DNA of 64,000 bases from Ostrea edulis (Eukaryota). The notes beneath the pieces are model-generated. The model made no database searches. It saw nothing but the letters and a program-made list of their open reading frames with translations, and had not been told where the DNA came from. Location: contig NC_079167.1 of NCBI RefSeq assembly GCF_947568905.1, forward strand, positions 63,364,001-63,428,000. The letters are read 5' to 3'. The stretch's first letter is position 1. Each line of letters starts with the position of its first letter. The position numbers and the translations under genes are program-made. Positions 1 to 12,800 of this stretch are shown here, in pieces.

Positions 1-3000
1 GCCTTCTCAGAATCAAATCGTTTTGTTCCTATTTAAGAACAAACAATGGCATTAAAACTCTAACTACTGAAGTACAACTTGCACTGATTCAACATTCACA
101 GCATAAAACAATTCCATACCTATTGCATCTAATTCATCAATGAATATAATTGCGGGCTGTTTTTCCTTTGCAAGAGCAAATGCATCTCTAACAAGTTTTG
201 CTCCATCTCCAATGAACATCTGCACAAGCTGTGGCCCGGCTAATTTGAGAAATGTTGATTTGGTTTGTGCTGCACATGCACGAGCCAGGAGTGTCTTACC
301 CGTTCCTGGGGCACCATAGAGTAACACACCTAAACAACAAAGATCATCTATGTTAAAAACTCCAACCACATGCATCATTATACTGAGTTACTGACTATAT
401 CTGATATAAGGTCTTAAATGAAGTTAAGAATTCTCTGTGTATTTCCTTGCCTTTTGGTGGTTGTATTCCGAGAGTTTCAAATCTTTCCTTGTGTGTCATT
501 GGTAACACCACAGCTTCAATCAGCTGAAATGTAAGTATCAAGGATTTTGTACATGAAACATCACTAAATGCATGTACTGATAATTCAGACTCTTCAACAA
601 TGTAAAATGTGGAACAGAACTCTGACTAACCTCTTGAATCTGTTTGTCCAGACCCCCAATGTCAGAGTACTGCTCAGTAGGTCTCTCATCCACTTCCATA
701 GCTTTCACTCTCGAGTCATATCTAAAAAAAACAAACAAACCAACAATGATCACAGCCTATGTTGATATCGTAGTAAAGAAAACTTAACATAAATGTATAT
801 GCAATACATGTTATTCATATGAAGTTATTACTACATAGCTCTGTGCCACTTACTCTTGTGGTAAGGTTTCCAAAATCAAGTATGAATCCTTGTTAACACC
901 CTACAAAAAGAGTTTGAATTAAATGTACGCAATATCTGCACAATATACTCTTAAGGTGAAATATCCAAACTGACATTTCATACAATGTCATATGATATAC
1001 CGCGGTTGATATACGATACATGTATTGCTAAGCTTACCACTATATCCCCTGGGCTCAATTTCTCTGGATCCACTAATCCTATGACTGGCAGGAAATATGT
1101 CTGAAATTCATGGTAATATCCATTGTTTAATATGTTTTCATATTATTACTGGTTACTAGATCTAGGAGAAGTAAGAGCAAGTACTGCTGATAAGAAATTA
1201 AAAACACTTTTCCCCCATCAGAATTATTTCAAGACTAACAAGACGATAGTGCTATTTCAAGACTAATTATACAATAGTCCACAAGTCTCACAGAAAAATA
1301 TAGAGTTTGGGCAATACAGGTACCCAGTGACATCATTAATTCAAATGCACTAAAGTGGCTGCAAAATGATATGATACCTATTACAATATTTCACAATGAA
1401 ATAACTGCTATTTAAAAGTTATACAAAACTTTTTTTAAATATTCAATAAATTATTAACTACGTACAAAGTCCTTTGAAAATTGATTAGATTTGTGGTTTT
1501 TAACAATTGTATTTTGAACTCCAAGCAGTGAAAATTAGCTTCTGGTCTGTTGGTATTCAGTGTTAAAATAGTTTCTATTGCTGTGACAGTAAGGATAAGA
1601 TGCAATATTAATTGGTAGTAGTCAAGAATCAATCATCCAACTAAAATAAAATTAATAGTATTCAGGACCATGAAATCCTTGGTATCAGTATATTGTCACC
1701 TAGAGGATAACACTTCAGTACCTGTCTTGTGGATGTCTTGATCACAGCACACTTGCCCTTCCTTTGTGCATCAAGATCGATGTTAGCTCCATCTTCTTCC
1801 CCGCTGTCCTGGGGCTCCATGTCCAATAACTATAGTATAGGAAACATCTTGATTGTATATGTATTTTATTTTTTGAATGAGCTACTAGTTAAAATTCTCT
1901 GATAATAAATCCTATCCCTAATTATATGAATATATTTCTTGTATCTCTCCTGTATTCCAATGTCTTTTTTTTTTAATCAAAAGTTTTATTTCTTTATGAA
2001 CATCGTGTGCTATTTCTGGGATACCATAAACCACTCTGTGATGCTTACCTCAATAACATTTGACACCAAGTATGGAAGAGTTTTATTGACTTTGATTTTT
2101 TCTGTGTTTTCTTTGATCTTCTCTTTTGTTGCTGTTAGGTCATGATTGATTCTTAGAATTTCACTCTTCATAATCTAATAAGGTAAAAGAATAACAGTCA
2201 GAATTCACATATAACATTGGCATTTGAATAATTGTTCCTGTTGAAACATGTTTGTGTCAATCAACATGATAAAATTTACAAATGATAAAAGACATTTTAG
2301 CGGGGAATTTGAAATGTAGTTCAATACCTTGATTTCATTTTCAAGCAGTTTGGTCCTAGTCACTATCTCATCTGTATTCAATTTCAAAATCTGTTCACCC
2401 AAACTTTCCTGAAATAACATAAAAATTATAAATATTTTCAGTTTCAATAATCGAATAGCCTGCTTGTCAAACAAGCTCTAAAAACTCATGTGTATAAAAA
2501 GAAGAAAATAGAGTTTTAAATTAGGTACATTGATCAAACATGAATTTGCAAGAGCATCAACTAGCACTTCCATTCACAGAATCTGTTTTGAATTTCTATT
2601 TTTCATACAGGTCTACAAATCCACTTCAGGATGAATCATCATAAAATTCATTTTCACAGTATCCATATTTCATCTTCATTTACCAAAAATATGTGTATTT
2701 ATGAGTCACTGTCTGACCATGGGAGTTTAATTTTGGTGAAAAACACAATGTACACTGATGCTCGACTTGCAAACTGTGTGTCTCACTCTGACAGGTTAAC
2801 ATTCCACACCCATCTAAATGTGGACAGAGTTAATTTAATAGGTCCAAGACCAATTTCCCAATACTTTAATACATCTCATATATAATTTACATTCCAATGC
2901 ATTTTTCTCCATTAAACTACATTGCAAGCTTTGTGTTTTCTTTGTGTAACAGAAAAATAAAACTGGTTTCAAGTAAGCTGGGTTCCATCTTAAATAAAGA

Positions 3001-4697
3001 CAGTCCTATTGAGATGTAAACCTGGTTACATTGTCTAAAAATTATCCATGTGCACATATTTTATTCATATACTCAGTATATATCCATTTTCACTATGATA
3101 GTATTAGTGCCAATCATTTTGCTTAGAATGTTAATTTTCTAACCAAACATGAATGACCCTACTGGCTTAGTCACAGTGTGGATAATGGCATTTCCCATAA
3201 CAGAACTGTTCACCAGGGCTTTGACTGAATTCTTCAGATATCAGTGGAAAACTGGTAAAAAGGGAAGAAAAACACCCCCACCCTACCTGGAAAAATATCA
3301 TTTTCTGTCACTTTGGATCAAACCCAGAGTGTTTCATATTTTCGAAAATGGAGCCGATCAGATCATCAGAGGATTTTCTCTGAAAATAGGAAAAATCACT
3401 CCCCTGATACACTTTGGTTGTGCTTATAGCTAATATGGAAAAGGTACACAAAAATCCAACAGATGGACACTATTTATAAAACAAAGTCTTTGTATGACAA
3501 CCATGTGAATAGAAAACCTCAGACAGTTGCATGACATTAATATACATTCATACCAGCACTCATCAGACCATTTGAAAATCTATTACACTTGTATTGTAAA
3601 AATCTTGTCAGTATCAAATCCCACCCAATGTCATTATAATGATCAAAATATCTGGCATCACCCATTATAGCTACAATAATGTAGCACTCTCAGACTTTTT
3701 TTTTTGGCGGGGGGGGGGGGGGGGGGTTGGTTACAACTCCTTAAGATCTCCATAATGGTGCAGAACTAAAGATGCAGGGGTGATTCACTCGGTGACTCCC
3801 ACAACATTTTCTATCATTCTAAACATTTGCTGGCTTTCTTTACGTAAATACAAGGGAGTTGGGAGCAATTTTGTTGGTATTGAAAAGGTTTAGATTTGAT
3901 ATCAAGTTAAAAAACAAACAAAAGAGTGTAATTTTTTTCTGCTACCATGTGATTTTCCTTTCTTTGTCAGAATGGCTTGAGTAACTACATTTTCTTGCTG
4001 ATTGTCAATGTTTAGGTTTATCAATAGATTGGTCTAGATCCACCAACGAGATCTCGCGATAACAAGCATGGCAGAGCAGATAAGGAATTTAGCATGTTGT
4101 ACATGATATTTAATGAAAAACACCTTAAACAGACATGCCCAAGCGCAAAGTTGGTACTCTTTTTATGAAGTGTACACAACATTGGAGACAAATACACGGA
4201 GCTGAGCTTATTACACTGCAGGTTATTCATAAAAATATTTTGCAACATTTCGAAGATCCTATGGAATTGGAGCCTTAGAACTCTCGAAAACGTCAGCGGT
4301 CAGTTCTGCAAGTCTTAGGATAGAGGAAATTCGAAACCAACACGTTTACGCGTAAGCAAACCTTTTAAATTCAGCGTATTGTGTTTTTGTATTGTATGGA
4401 TGCAATACCCATATACGACTTTGGCATATAGCAGCAGCCTATAGTTCACCAATATGTATATTATTGTGTTTTGAGATATCATGACAAAGTAATTTTCAGT
4501 GTTTACACTCGCCGAGTACTCAATTCCAAAGTGTATAGCATGATGTAAACTTATTCTTGGGGAACAAAGATTCGGAAGACAATACAAGGAAACCTAATGA
4601 ATACATGGTTTCTAAAATTTCCAATCATAATTTTCAAAGACAATATAAAACGCACCTCTCCGTCTTCCCAGATCGCTTTATCTTCCAGAGTCGCCAT
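1..4697 (-). CDS. PSMC3: 26S proteasome regulatory AAA-ATPase subunit 6A (Rpt5/TBP-1), multi-exon, 3' end outside window
   Basis: Exons (minus): 4656-4697 ([14 protein letters not shown]), 2328-2408, 2049-2174, 1722-1829, 1038-1100, 854-900, 631-721, 451-523, 120-329, 1-28 (partial, [10 protein letters not shown]). Phases are consistent. The translation matches Rpt5 hallmarks: [45 protein letters not shown], Walker A GxPGTGKT, Walker [12 protein letters not shown]. The intron after exon 451-523 has a GC donor. Confidence 0.97.
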
Positions 4698-4707
4698 ACT
4701 GGTGTGA

Positions 4708-4715
4708 TCACGTGA
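4708..4715. promoter_or_regulatory. Palindromic E-box TCACGTGA just upstream of the PSMC3 start codon
   Basis: GATCACGTGAC lies about 10 nt upstream of the ATG at 4697 and matches the USF/TFE-type E-box consensus; function not shown. Confidence 0.35.
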
Positions 4716-7173
4716 CAAATCTAATTTGAAAACCGAAGACGTAAAGATTAGGATATTCCGTTATTTGGCCGGGGTCTAATCATGGGGCATGACATAACAC
4801 TTATGATTACTCATACATATAAATCACAAACATAGCGTGCTAACAGATAGAATAAACTCTTGACCAGATTGTATAAAACTATGGCATGATGACATAAAAT
4901 ATTGTATGATTTTTTTACTCGAAATGAGTATGACTAAAAGTTCAAATTTTGTCAACGTACATGTTCAGAGGTTCTACACCATTGTACACCCGGTTTAGTC
5001 GGTTTTACACCTAGCTAGCTCATAATCAAGTGTAGTGTAGTATACCTGTATTCAATATGGATGTTCAGCAGCTGAGATCCTCGTTGAAGAATTAACTATT
5101 CTAATGCAAATAAAGTACAAAATGAATAATTACTAGAATTTTAGTAAGATTCGTTTACAATAAAATGTATTTTAATATGCATTTATAAATACATACATCT
5201 GAATATTCAGTTCAAATTTTCAGCTGAGCCAAATCTCAGCTGATTAACCTAGCTGACGAGCTCACGTATGCATGCACTGTCGAGCGCTAAACATTTCATA
5301 AATTATGTTTCTATGCTAAGTGTAACAATGATAAGTCATATGAATGAGATCCTTCCAACTGCATGTTTAAGATTTTGAAAATGACAGGGTCTATCTATGC
5401 CAAAAACCGTCGTCTCGCATTCTATAACTTCACAAACCCTCCACATTTGTAAAGACAATCAGTAAACCTAAAAAGTGGTTTGTTTTGAGGACCAATATAA
5501 TTTATATGCACATAAATTTCAGTTGATGATTCTAATGTCCTCTTAGATTTGAAAGTTAGGTTCAGCATTAATCACAATGAATCTAATGAAAACATGTAGT
5601 TATATGATATAAACCTTTTTATTGATCTATTTCCTGTTTGTTCAATTATAGATTGAAAACGTAACATATATTATGAAACACCCTGTACATATATAAGAAA
5701 GAAATACGATTAAAAAGACATTTCGTACGATATAATATATTATGTTGCCGTCTTTGTCTACAGAAATTTACCCAGTTGTTAAAGTCCGTATAAACAGAGG
5801 GCGCCTTCTATGGACTTTTAACAACCCGACAAATTTCTGTAGACAGTCAGGAACAAACATGATAAGTGTTTTGTTTTGTCAAGGACCAATTCATGTATGT
5901 TTCACATGTAAAACCAATTTTATTTTGTTTTGCCTCGGACTAGTAATAACACTGTACATTTGTTTTGTTCTCGGGAGACGTGAAGCAGGTATACATGTAT
6001 ATAAATATGTTAACAAAAGTAAATGTAGATTGCTTCTTTATAGATTTTTCAAAAGTTTTTGATTGCGTACAATATGTTTTATTGTATACAACATAATACT
6101 TTAAATGCTTGTATTAATGTAATTGCTTTATTTACCTAACTGATTTATACATAGTTAAAAAGTAGAGAAAATTTCTAAAAATATGATACATAGATCATAT
6201 ATCTTATGACCGTAGTTTCAAAGATTTAGAGGCACTCCTTTTGCGTTACCCCGTTTTTACGCGCCACTGGTCAAATTGGCCGGTACGGTAGAGAAGGGGT
6301 TATAAAGGGGGAACCAGCACAAATATGTTACTGCATGATTTTAAAATTTATGTATTAACAACTGACTTGATATGTTAAAAACCAAAATCGTGTCTCTGGC
6401 TTTTTCCAATGTAATTTAGGTACGAGACAGGGTTGTATGCTAAGTCCCCTCTTATTCATCACATGTATGTTTATTGTACAATGTTTCGATTTTGTATTTT
6501 TGATAGAATGTTTGCACCCATATTGACTCATGGGGCAGAGATATGGAGATTCAAAATAATCTGAATGTATTGAATCTGTGCATACTAAATTTTGTAGAAG
6601 AGTACTGAAACTTAAAAATAATACCTTTGAACCAGTTGTTTAAGGAGAATTAGGGAGATACCCACTCATGGTACAATATTTTAAGAAACTTATTGCTTAG
6701 TGATTAAAGTTACTGTATATATATGGAAGATACAAGATACCCTACAAGATATCATTTATTATTACTCCATTTCAACAATGTACACAGGACCTAAGGTAAC
6801 TGGGCATTAGAGGTAAAATCAATGTTATATAGATCTGATATAGTTTTCACTATATTATGGTTGCATCAAAGTGTAGGAAACGATGAGACCTTGAAATACA
6901 CCTTCTATAAAAATGGTGAAAAACAAAATTTTACAGAACCTGGAATGGCTGGAACTTTTTATTCAATTGAAACAGCCTTTTGATATATTTACTCTCTCTT
7001 TCTCTCATAATTTTTTCCCCTGTAAATTAAAGATGTATATGTCACTTGTGTTAATATTACAGAATATAAGGGGGGGGGGGGGAGAATTTAAAAAGAAGAA
7101 GAAGGTGTATAGGAAACGATGTTTTATTTTTTAAAGAGTTTGTCCAACGAGTACAGGATAACTACATGTGCAT

Positions 7174-7503
7174 GTAGGAATGACACTCCTCAGTCAGCAT
7201 ACAGCGGAAGGAATGACACTCCTCAGTCAGCATACAGAGGTAGGAATGACACTCTTCAGTCAGCATACAGCGGTAGGAATGACACTCCTCAGTCAGCATA
7301 CAGCGGAAGGAATGACACTCCTCAGTCAGCATACAGAGGTAGGAATGACACTCTTCAGTCAGCATACAGCGGAAGGAATGACATTCCTCAGTCAGCATAC
7401 AGAGGTAGGAATGACACTCTTCAGTCAGCATACAGCGGTAGGAATGACACTCCTCAGTCAGCATACAGCGGTAGGAATGACACTCCTCAGTCAGCATACA
7501 GCG
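7174..7503. repeat. 39-bp minisatellite, about 8.5 copies
   Basis: Unit approx. AGGAATGACACTCCTCAGTCAGCATACAGCGGT/AGAGGT; explains three overlapping repetitive ORFs. Confidence 0.95.
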
Positions 7504-8774
7504 AATTCTATTGTTATTGTGAATTTAAATTAATTTTGAACCAAAAAGGTAGATAGAGGTAATAAAGAACAAACAATATATGGAAAGCCTGTGTAAATTA
7601 AGAACGTCTAGTCACTGTTCGGATATCTAAGTGCATTCCTAGGGAAACAGATACTGTCTCTTTTGTGAAACAGAAAACAAACTTTGTATTGAAAATCAAA
7701 TGAATCTAATTAAAACTTGTGAATTTTATTGTGATATTGGACCAAACAGTAATATTGTGAAACACTTAAGTTGCTATGGGAACACTGAATATGTTTATCT
7801 ATGGGGATGGTGCTGTCCGAAATAATATTGCCAAATTCACATTTTTAGAAAGGAAAAACTTCATGGGATATGTAACTTGTGATAATAATGATACATCATT
7901 GAACCATATTGCATTTAAATTAACAAATATTGTAGTACTAAATATTATATTTGAATCTGGTCTCATTTTTCTTTGATATACATTGTAATTATTGAATGTA
8001 CTTTGGGCCGTTGGCCTTGAAATACTAATCAATAAAAATCCACCATCATCATAATATACGTAAATATGTATAAGAAATACATTCAATTAAAAACGTTCCG
8101 ATCGCCAATATGTTGCCGTCTAAATTTTGCTACTCAATGTTTAAAGAAATGTAGACAGCAATCACATGACGCGTTTTATCCAATGACAGAGCGTCATTCT
8201 AGTCCGAAGCAAAACCAATTTTATATTAGACAGCGAGTAGCAAAATATTGACAACATTTTTGTAATATAATGTTCGGTCCTCGACAAACAAAACACCAAT
8301 TTTTTTTCATGTTATAAACAGAATTCGTTATTTGTGCATGTACAGTAAAAGTTAATGGCTGGTTAAATTACCCCTTTTTATAGTGGTGCTGCTAAAACGC
8401 GGAACGGAAAACGCAACCCAACATTTCGATACATCGACCACATTTTATCTGTGAAAAAGATTCACTTTCATCATCAACTTTCCGTATGTATGTAGCAATA
8501 TTCCATTATCATCTGCACATGGTGTTCATGTCTCCCAACTGATTTGATTAACAAAAGCATGTTATGCACATGATCAATTTGTAAACCAAAGCAGGCTTCT
8601 GACAAATAAGTTGGTGTTACACGGATTTCAAACGTCTCATTTCAAATTCAGCATTTTGCAGATTCTATGGTTGTTATAATGATCTTCTATGCAAATTATA
8701 CAATCTGTCGTAAGGTTGAGTACTGTCCAATATTTTTCATACTATTTTTGTGTCATTCTTCATACTGATTTTGA

Positions 8775-8960
8775 CTATGGATAACCCCATTTACATGACA
8801 AGATATAGGGCTCACGGTGGGTGTGGCCAGTCATCGGAGGATGCTTACTCTTCCTTGGCACCTGATCCCATCTGGTGTCTCCATACTTTAATTTTTTCTA
8901 TTCTTTTAAAATAAAATTATGATATTGATCACTGTTTGTTATCCTCACTTTTACAATACA
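8775..8960 (+). mobile_element. Degenerate interspersed repeat fragment; another part of probably the same family at about 28715-28810
   Basis: GATATAGGGCTCACGGTGGGTGTGGCCAGTC...GCACCTGATCCCA...TTGATCACTGTTTGTTATC resembles a repeat I recall from oyster genomes. The copy at 28715 shares the GATT...TCACTGTT.GTTATC.TCAC.TTT tail. Family not assignable from sequence alone. Confidence 0.45.
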
Positions 8961-9537
8961 TATAGAAAGTTTTGCACACTGCACATTTACATTGGTCTAC
9001 ACTCTAGAGTGCTTCTACTGCTGTTAAAATCTTAATTCTGTTGCATCAATTACATTATGAGTAGAACCAGTTATTACTAGTATGACATAGATCTGCATTC
9101 AATGTCCCAAGTGCTACTCAAAAGATAAATGTTCTAGATAGTATTTGAATTTCTCTCCACTAAAAGCTAATATAATAACCCCCCCCCCCCCCAACCCCCC
9201 CCCAATAGACAAATTCATTAACATAAATGTTTTGTTTTTTTTAATTAAATCACTTTTTCTCTACAATACTACATGAATGAAATAACGTAATATATTCAAA
9301 TACATGCACCCACACATACAAATAACAAGACATAACACATTCTGACATCATGAGTGTCAAACACAATGTGTATCTTGTACAATTATCAGAAAATACATGT
9401 ATACAAACAATTTGTATGTGAGCACTATATAAGATTCACATGATAAAACAGAACCAAAGAAATTGTCCAACACAATTGTACAATTATCAGTAAATACTAC
9501 ATACAATTTGTGTGTGCCTGTGTGACCACTATAGCAA

Positions 9538-9833
9538 TTAAGTTTCTTCTTTTTTGATTTTCCTTGGTGAGGGTATCTTATTGTTTGTTTTACTCACAGG
9601 ACAGATGGATTTGTTCAGAATTCGTAACATCTAGCATTTAAGTTTCTTCTTTTTTGATTTTCCTTGGTGAGGGTATCTTATTGTTTGTTTTACCCACAGG
9701 ACAGATGGATTTGTTCAGACATTCGTAACATCTAGCATTTAAGTTTCTTCTTTTTTGATTTTCCTTGGTGAGGGTATCTTATTGTTTGTTTTACCCACAG
9801 GACAGATGGATTTGTTCAGACATTCGTAACATC
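9538..9833 (-). repeat. Tandem triplication (about 101 bp) of the NTHL1 C-terminal coding segment and stop codon
   Basis: Stop-codon positions of the three copies are 9739-9741 (coding), 9638-9640 and 9538-9540. The outermost copy has a 1-nt deletion and one substitution. Confidence 0.93.
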
Positions 9834-12800
9834 TTGGTCCTACAGGTAAACATGTCTGTTGTCCAAATCCAACCAGCAAATGATTGATGTCACTCCAGTA
9901 TTCCCTACAACAATTCAAATTCAGCTGTAATAGAGGACAACATAAACATTACTGAAATAAAACCCAAGTGGCCCATGCACCTTTTAAAATGGTCACCCGA
10001 GTACCACACAACACTATCTAGCATTCTCAGCCTGAAAACTAATTATGTTCCCCAAACAAAGTTTGGGAACATATTGTTTTTACTGTTTCTTAGCTATTAT
10101 TATTATTTTTCTCCGGTACTTTTTTGTCCGGGAGTGTTCTCAGAAACTACAAAAGGGATCGATATGAAACTTTCCAGGATGATAGTGTAGCGTTTGTAGA
10201 TGTGCAGAACGATAGTCATTTTGTTTGCATGTGCATGCATGCGCACGCACGTGCATTGGAATTTTGGTACAAAAAATTGAAAATCAGAATTCACAAGGAA
10301 TCGACATGAAACCTTCATAGGATGATACATGTAGTATATCATTTGTAGATGTGCAAAATGATAGTCATTTTGTCTGCATGCGCATCACATTTTTCGCACG
10401 CTGACTTTATAATCAGTGTAACTTTTTTATTACCCATTGAAATGGTTTGATATTTATATCATAGGTAGATATTGAGACCCTTAACTGATTTGCATGGTCA
10501 AAATTACTAATCTGTGCGTGTATGCACGTGCGCTTCTTTTTGATTGGATAATACTAAAACATTAGTAACTATATTATTAATGAAGCGAATGAGTTGATAT
10601 TCACAACATAGGTAGATGATATGTGTATCTATATATTAGTATAATAAAAAAATGCCAACGTGCACACGTGTGCATCGTCTTTCAAATGCTCATTTTTAAA
10701 AGATGATAACGTTTTTGTTTTTCATCAAATTCTTTTGATGTGAAGGTCTTAGATGTGTCTTGGTACTCCTTACAAATTGCTGTGGTTAAAACTACTGCTG
10801 AGCACGTGCATGATTTCTGATTGGACGATTTTAAAATCACTATAACTTCCTTATATTACATGGAAATGTTATGAAATTCATACTGTGGGTATATGATACA
10901 AATGCCTGTTGAATGATATCAACAAAAGTGCAGAATCATGCTCGTATGCGTGTGTTTGCACGAGCATTGCTTTCTTTCATTTCTTGGTACTGAAATGACT
11001 ATAGTAAACGTACTACATGTAATTAAAGGCTAAAATAAAATGATTTTTGCTATAGGTTTACAATGACATCACTTTTTAATTGGGGGAGGTTTGGGGAACA
11101 TATGTTACGGTCCCCGTTACAATTAGAACTAGTTTTCTTTTTCATTTGAGTGATCAAAAAGATTGTTTGTTTTCAGTCCCGTCAAGAATTTTTCACTCAT
11201 ACTGAAATGTCACCAGCTGTAGGTGAAGTACTACAAATTTAGACCTATGCTTAGCGCCCAGGGATGTAGCAGTGAAGGTTCTTTATCATGCTAACGCCTG
11301 CCACAACACGGAACCTCCGTTTTTTAAAGGTCATATTTGAAAGACCCATGATTCTCACTTCTAAATGCCAAGCGTTTAAGAAAGGAGCAATCACTACCTA
11401 CGTTAATGTCTTAGGTTTGATGTGGCCATGGCACGAGTGGGACTCAAACACATGACCTCCTGGTTACGAAGTGAATGCTCTACCACTGAGCTACTGCGAC
11501 TGGTTGAGTTATCAAAAACAGAAGATTGTTATTTTCATTGATTGTACAACTGTTACTAACAATTGTTTCTGAGAAGTTAAAAATGTTTTTTGACACATGA
11601 CAGACAATGCTGTCAACACTATGGCATGAATAGCAATAGACCACCAGAGTCTCTCAGGTGAATTAAATATTGGTTGGTTGTATATTGTTTAATGTCCTGC
11701 TCTAGAATCTTTTACTTATTGACATATAGAGACGTCACCATTGCCAGTCAAGAGCTGCAAAAGTTAGGCCAATGCTCGGCGCTTACGGCTTTTAAGCAGA
11801 GAGGGATCTTTATCGTGCTACACAAGAAACAAGGGGCATTGAGGACACATTATAATTCGGATCCCCACGGGCCGAATTATATATTGGAGAAGGGGCATAG
11901 TATCGAGAAGTCTAGAGGTCATTTATCTCAATATAACTATAAGTTCTTTAATTAAAGGGACTGGTTCATGTGTTTTGAAATTTTTCTTCCAATTTTGATG
12001 TTTAACATTAAAAAAATGACTCATTTAATGTTGACAGCCGAAATTGTGACCTTCTGAATGCAAGAAAAAAACCATATTTCAGGCGTCAAATTAACATAAA
12101 CTCAAATAATTGAAAATATCTTCAATTATTTGAAGATATCATCGAATTAATGCGCGCATTAAATCAATTATTGCTCTCATCAAATGAATTAATGAGAGCA
12201 ATAATTGATTTAATGCGTGTATTAATTCAATTATTGCTCTCTTCAATTCAATTGATGAAAGCATCAATTTCGTAGAAATATTGCTCGCAATAATTAATTT
12301 AGAGCTTGGTATATATAATTTGATGATCTCTTTAATTCAATTGAAGATATCTTTAATTATTTACAATGCTTTTGTGTAAGGAATTAATGCGCACATCAAT
12401 TCTTTTAAAGCGAGCAACAATTCAAATAAAGAGATCATTAATTCAATTGTACATATGTTGAATTGAAGATATCTTTAATTATATAGTTGCTCTCTATTAT
12501 TTGAAGAAATCCCCTAGTGCTGTCCTTTCCTGACCTTGGTAACCAGTCCTGTAATGCTTTCCTGGTGTCCTCTGGCTGTTTGGTTGGCTTTTTCACCCAT
12601 TTGAGTCGATTGGAAATCCGATGAACATGTGTGTCCACCCCAATGCCTGTGATCTCATTCCATGCACACTTCATCACCAGGTACGCCATCTTTGGTCCTA
12701 CACCCGGCAGCTTGCAAAGTTTCTCCACAGAATCCGGGATGTCTCCGTTATATTCATCTTGAAGAATTTTTGTAGTTTTCTTTATGAATTCCACTTTTCT

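Noticed and set aside
3707-3726. Long G/C homopolymers (also near 7070, 9180, 36408 and 52185) as functional G-quadruplex elements
   Set aside because: Simple homopolymer runs in introns or intergenic DNA; their length is error-prone and nothing else supports function.
7119-7556. Three overlapping repetitive ORFs (145, 121 and 111 aa) on both strands
   Set aside because: They arise from a 39-bp minisatellite whose length is a multiple of 3 and which lacks stops in several frames; no splice or homology support.
4750-9500. A hidden gene between PSMC3 and the NTHL1 3' end (ORFs at 5742, 6913, 7776 and 8066)
   Set aside because: No recognisable domains, AT-rich composition and no coherent exon chain found by eye; a non-coding transcript cannot be excluded.
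11430-11500. tRNA-Thr(CGT)-like sequence as a true tRNA gene
   Set aside because: The B box and stems are degenerate and the sequence continues into a SINE body.
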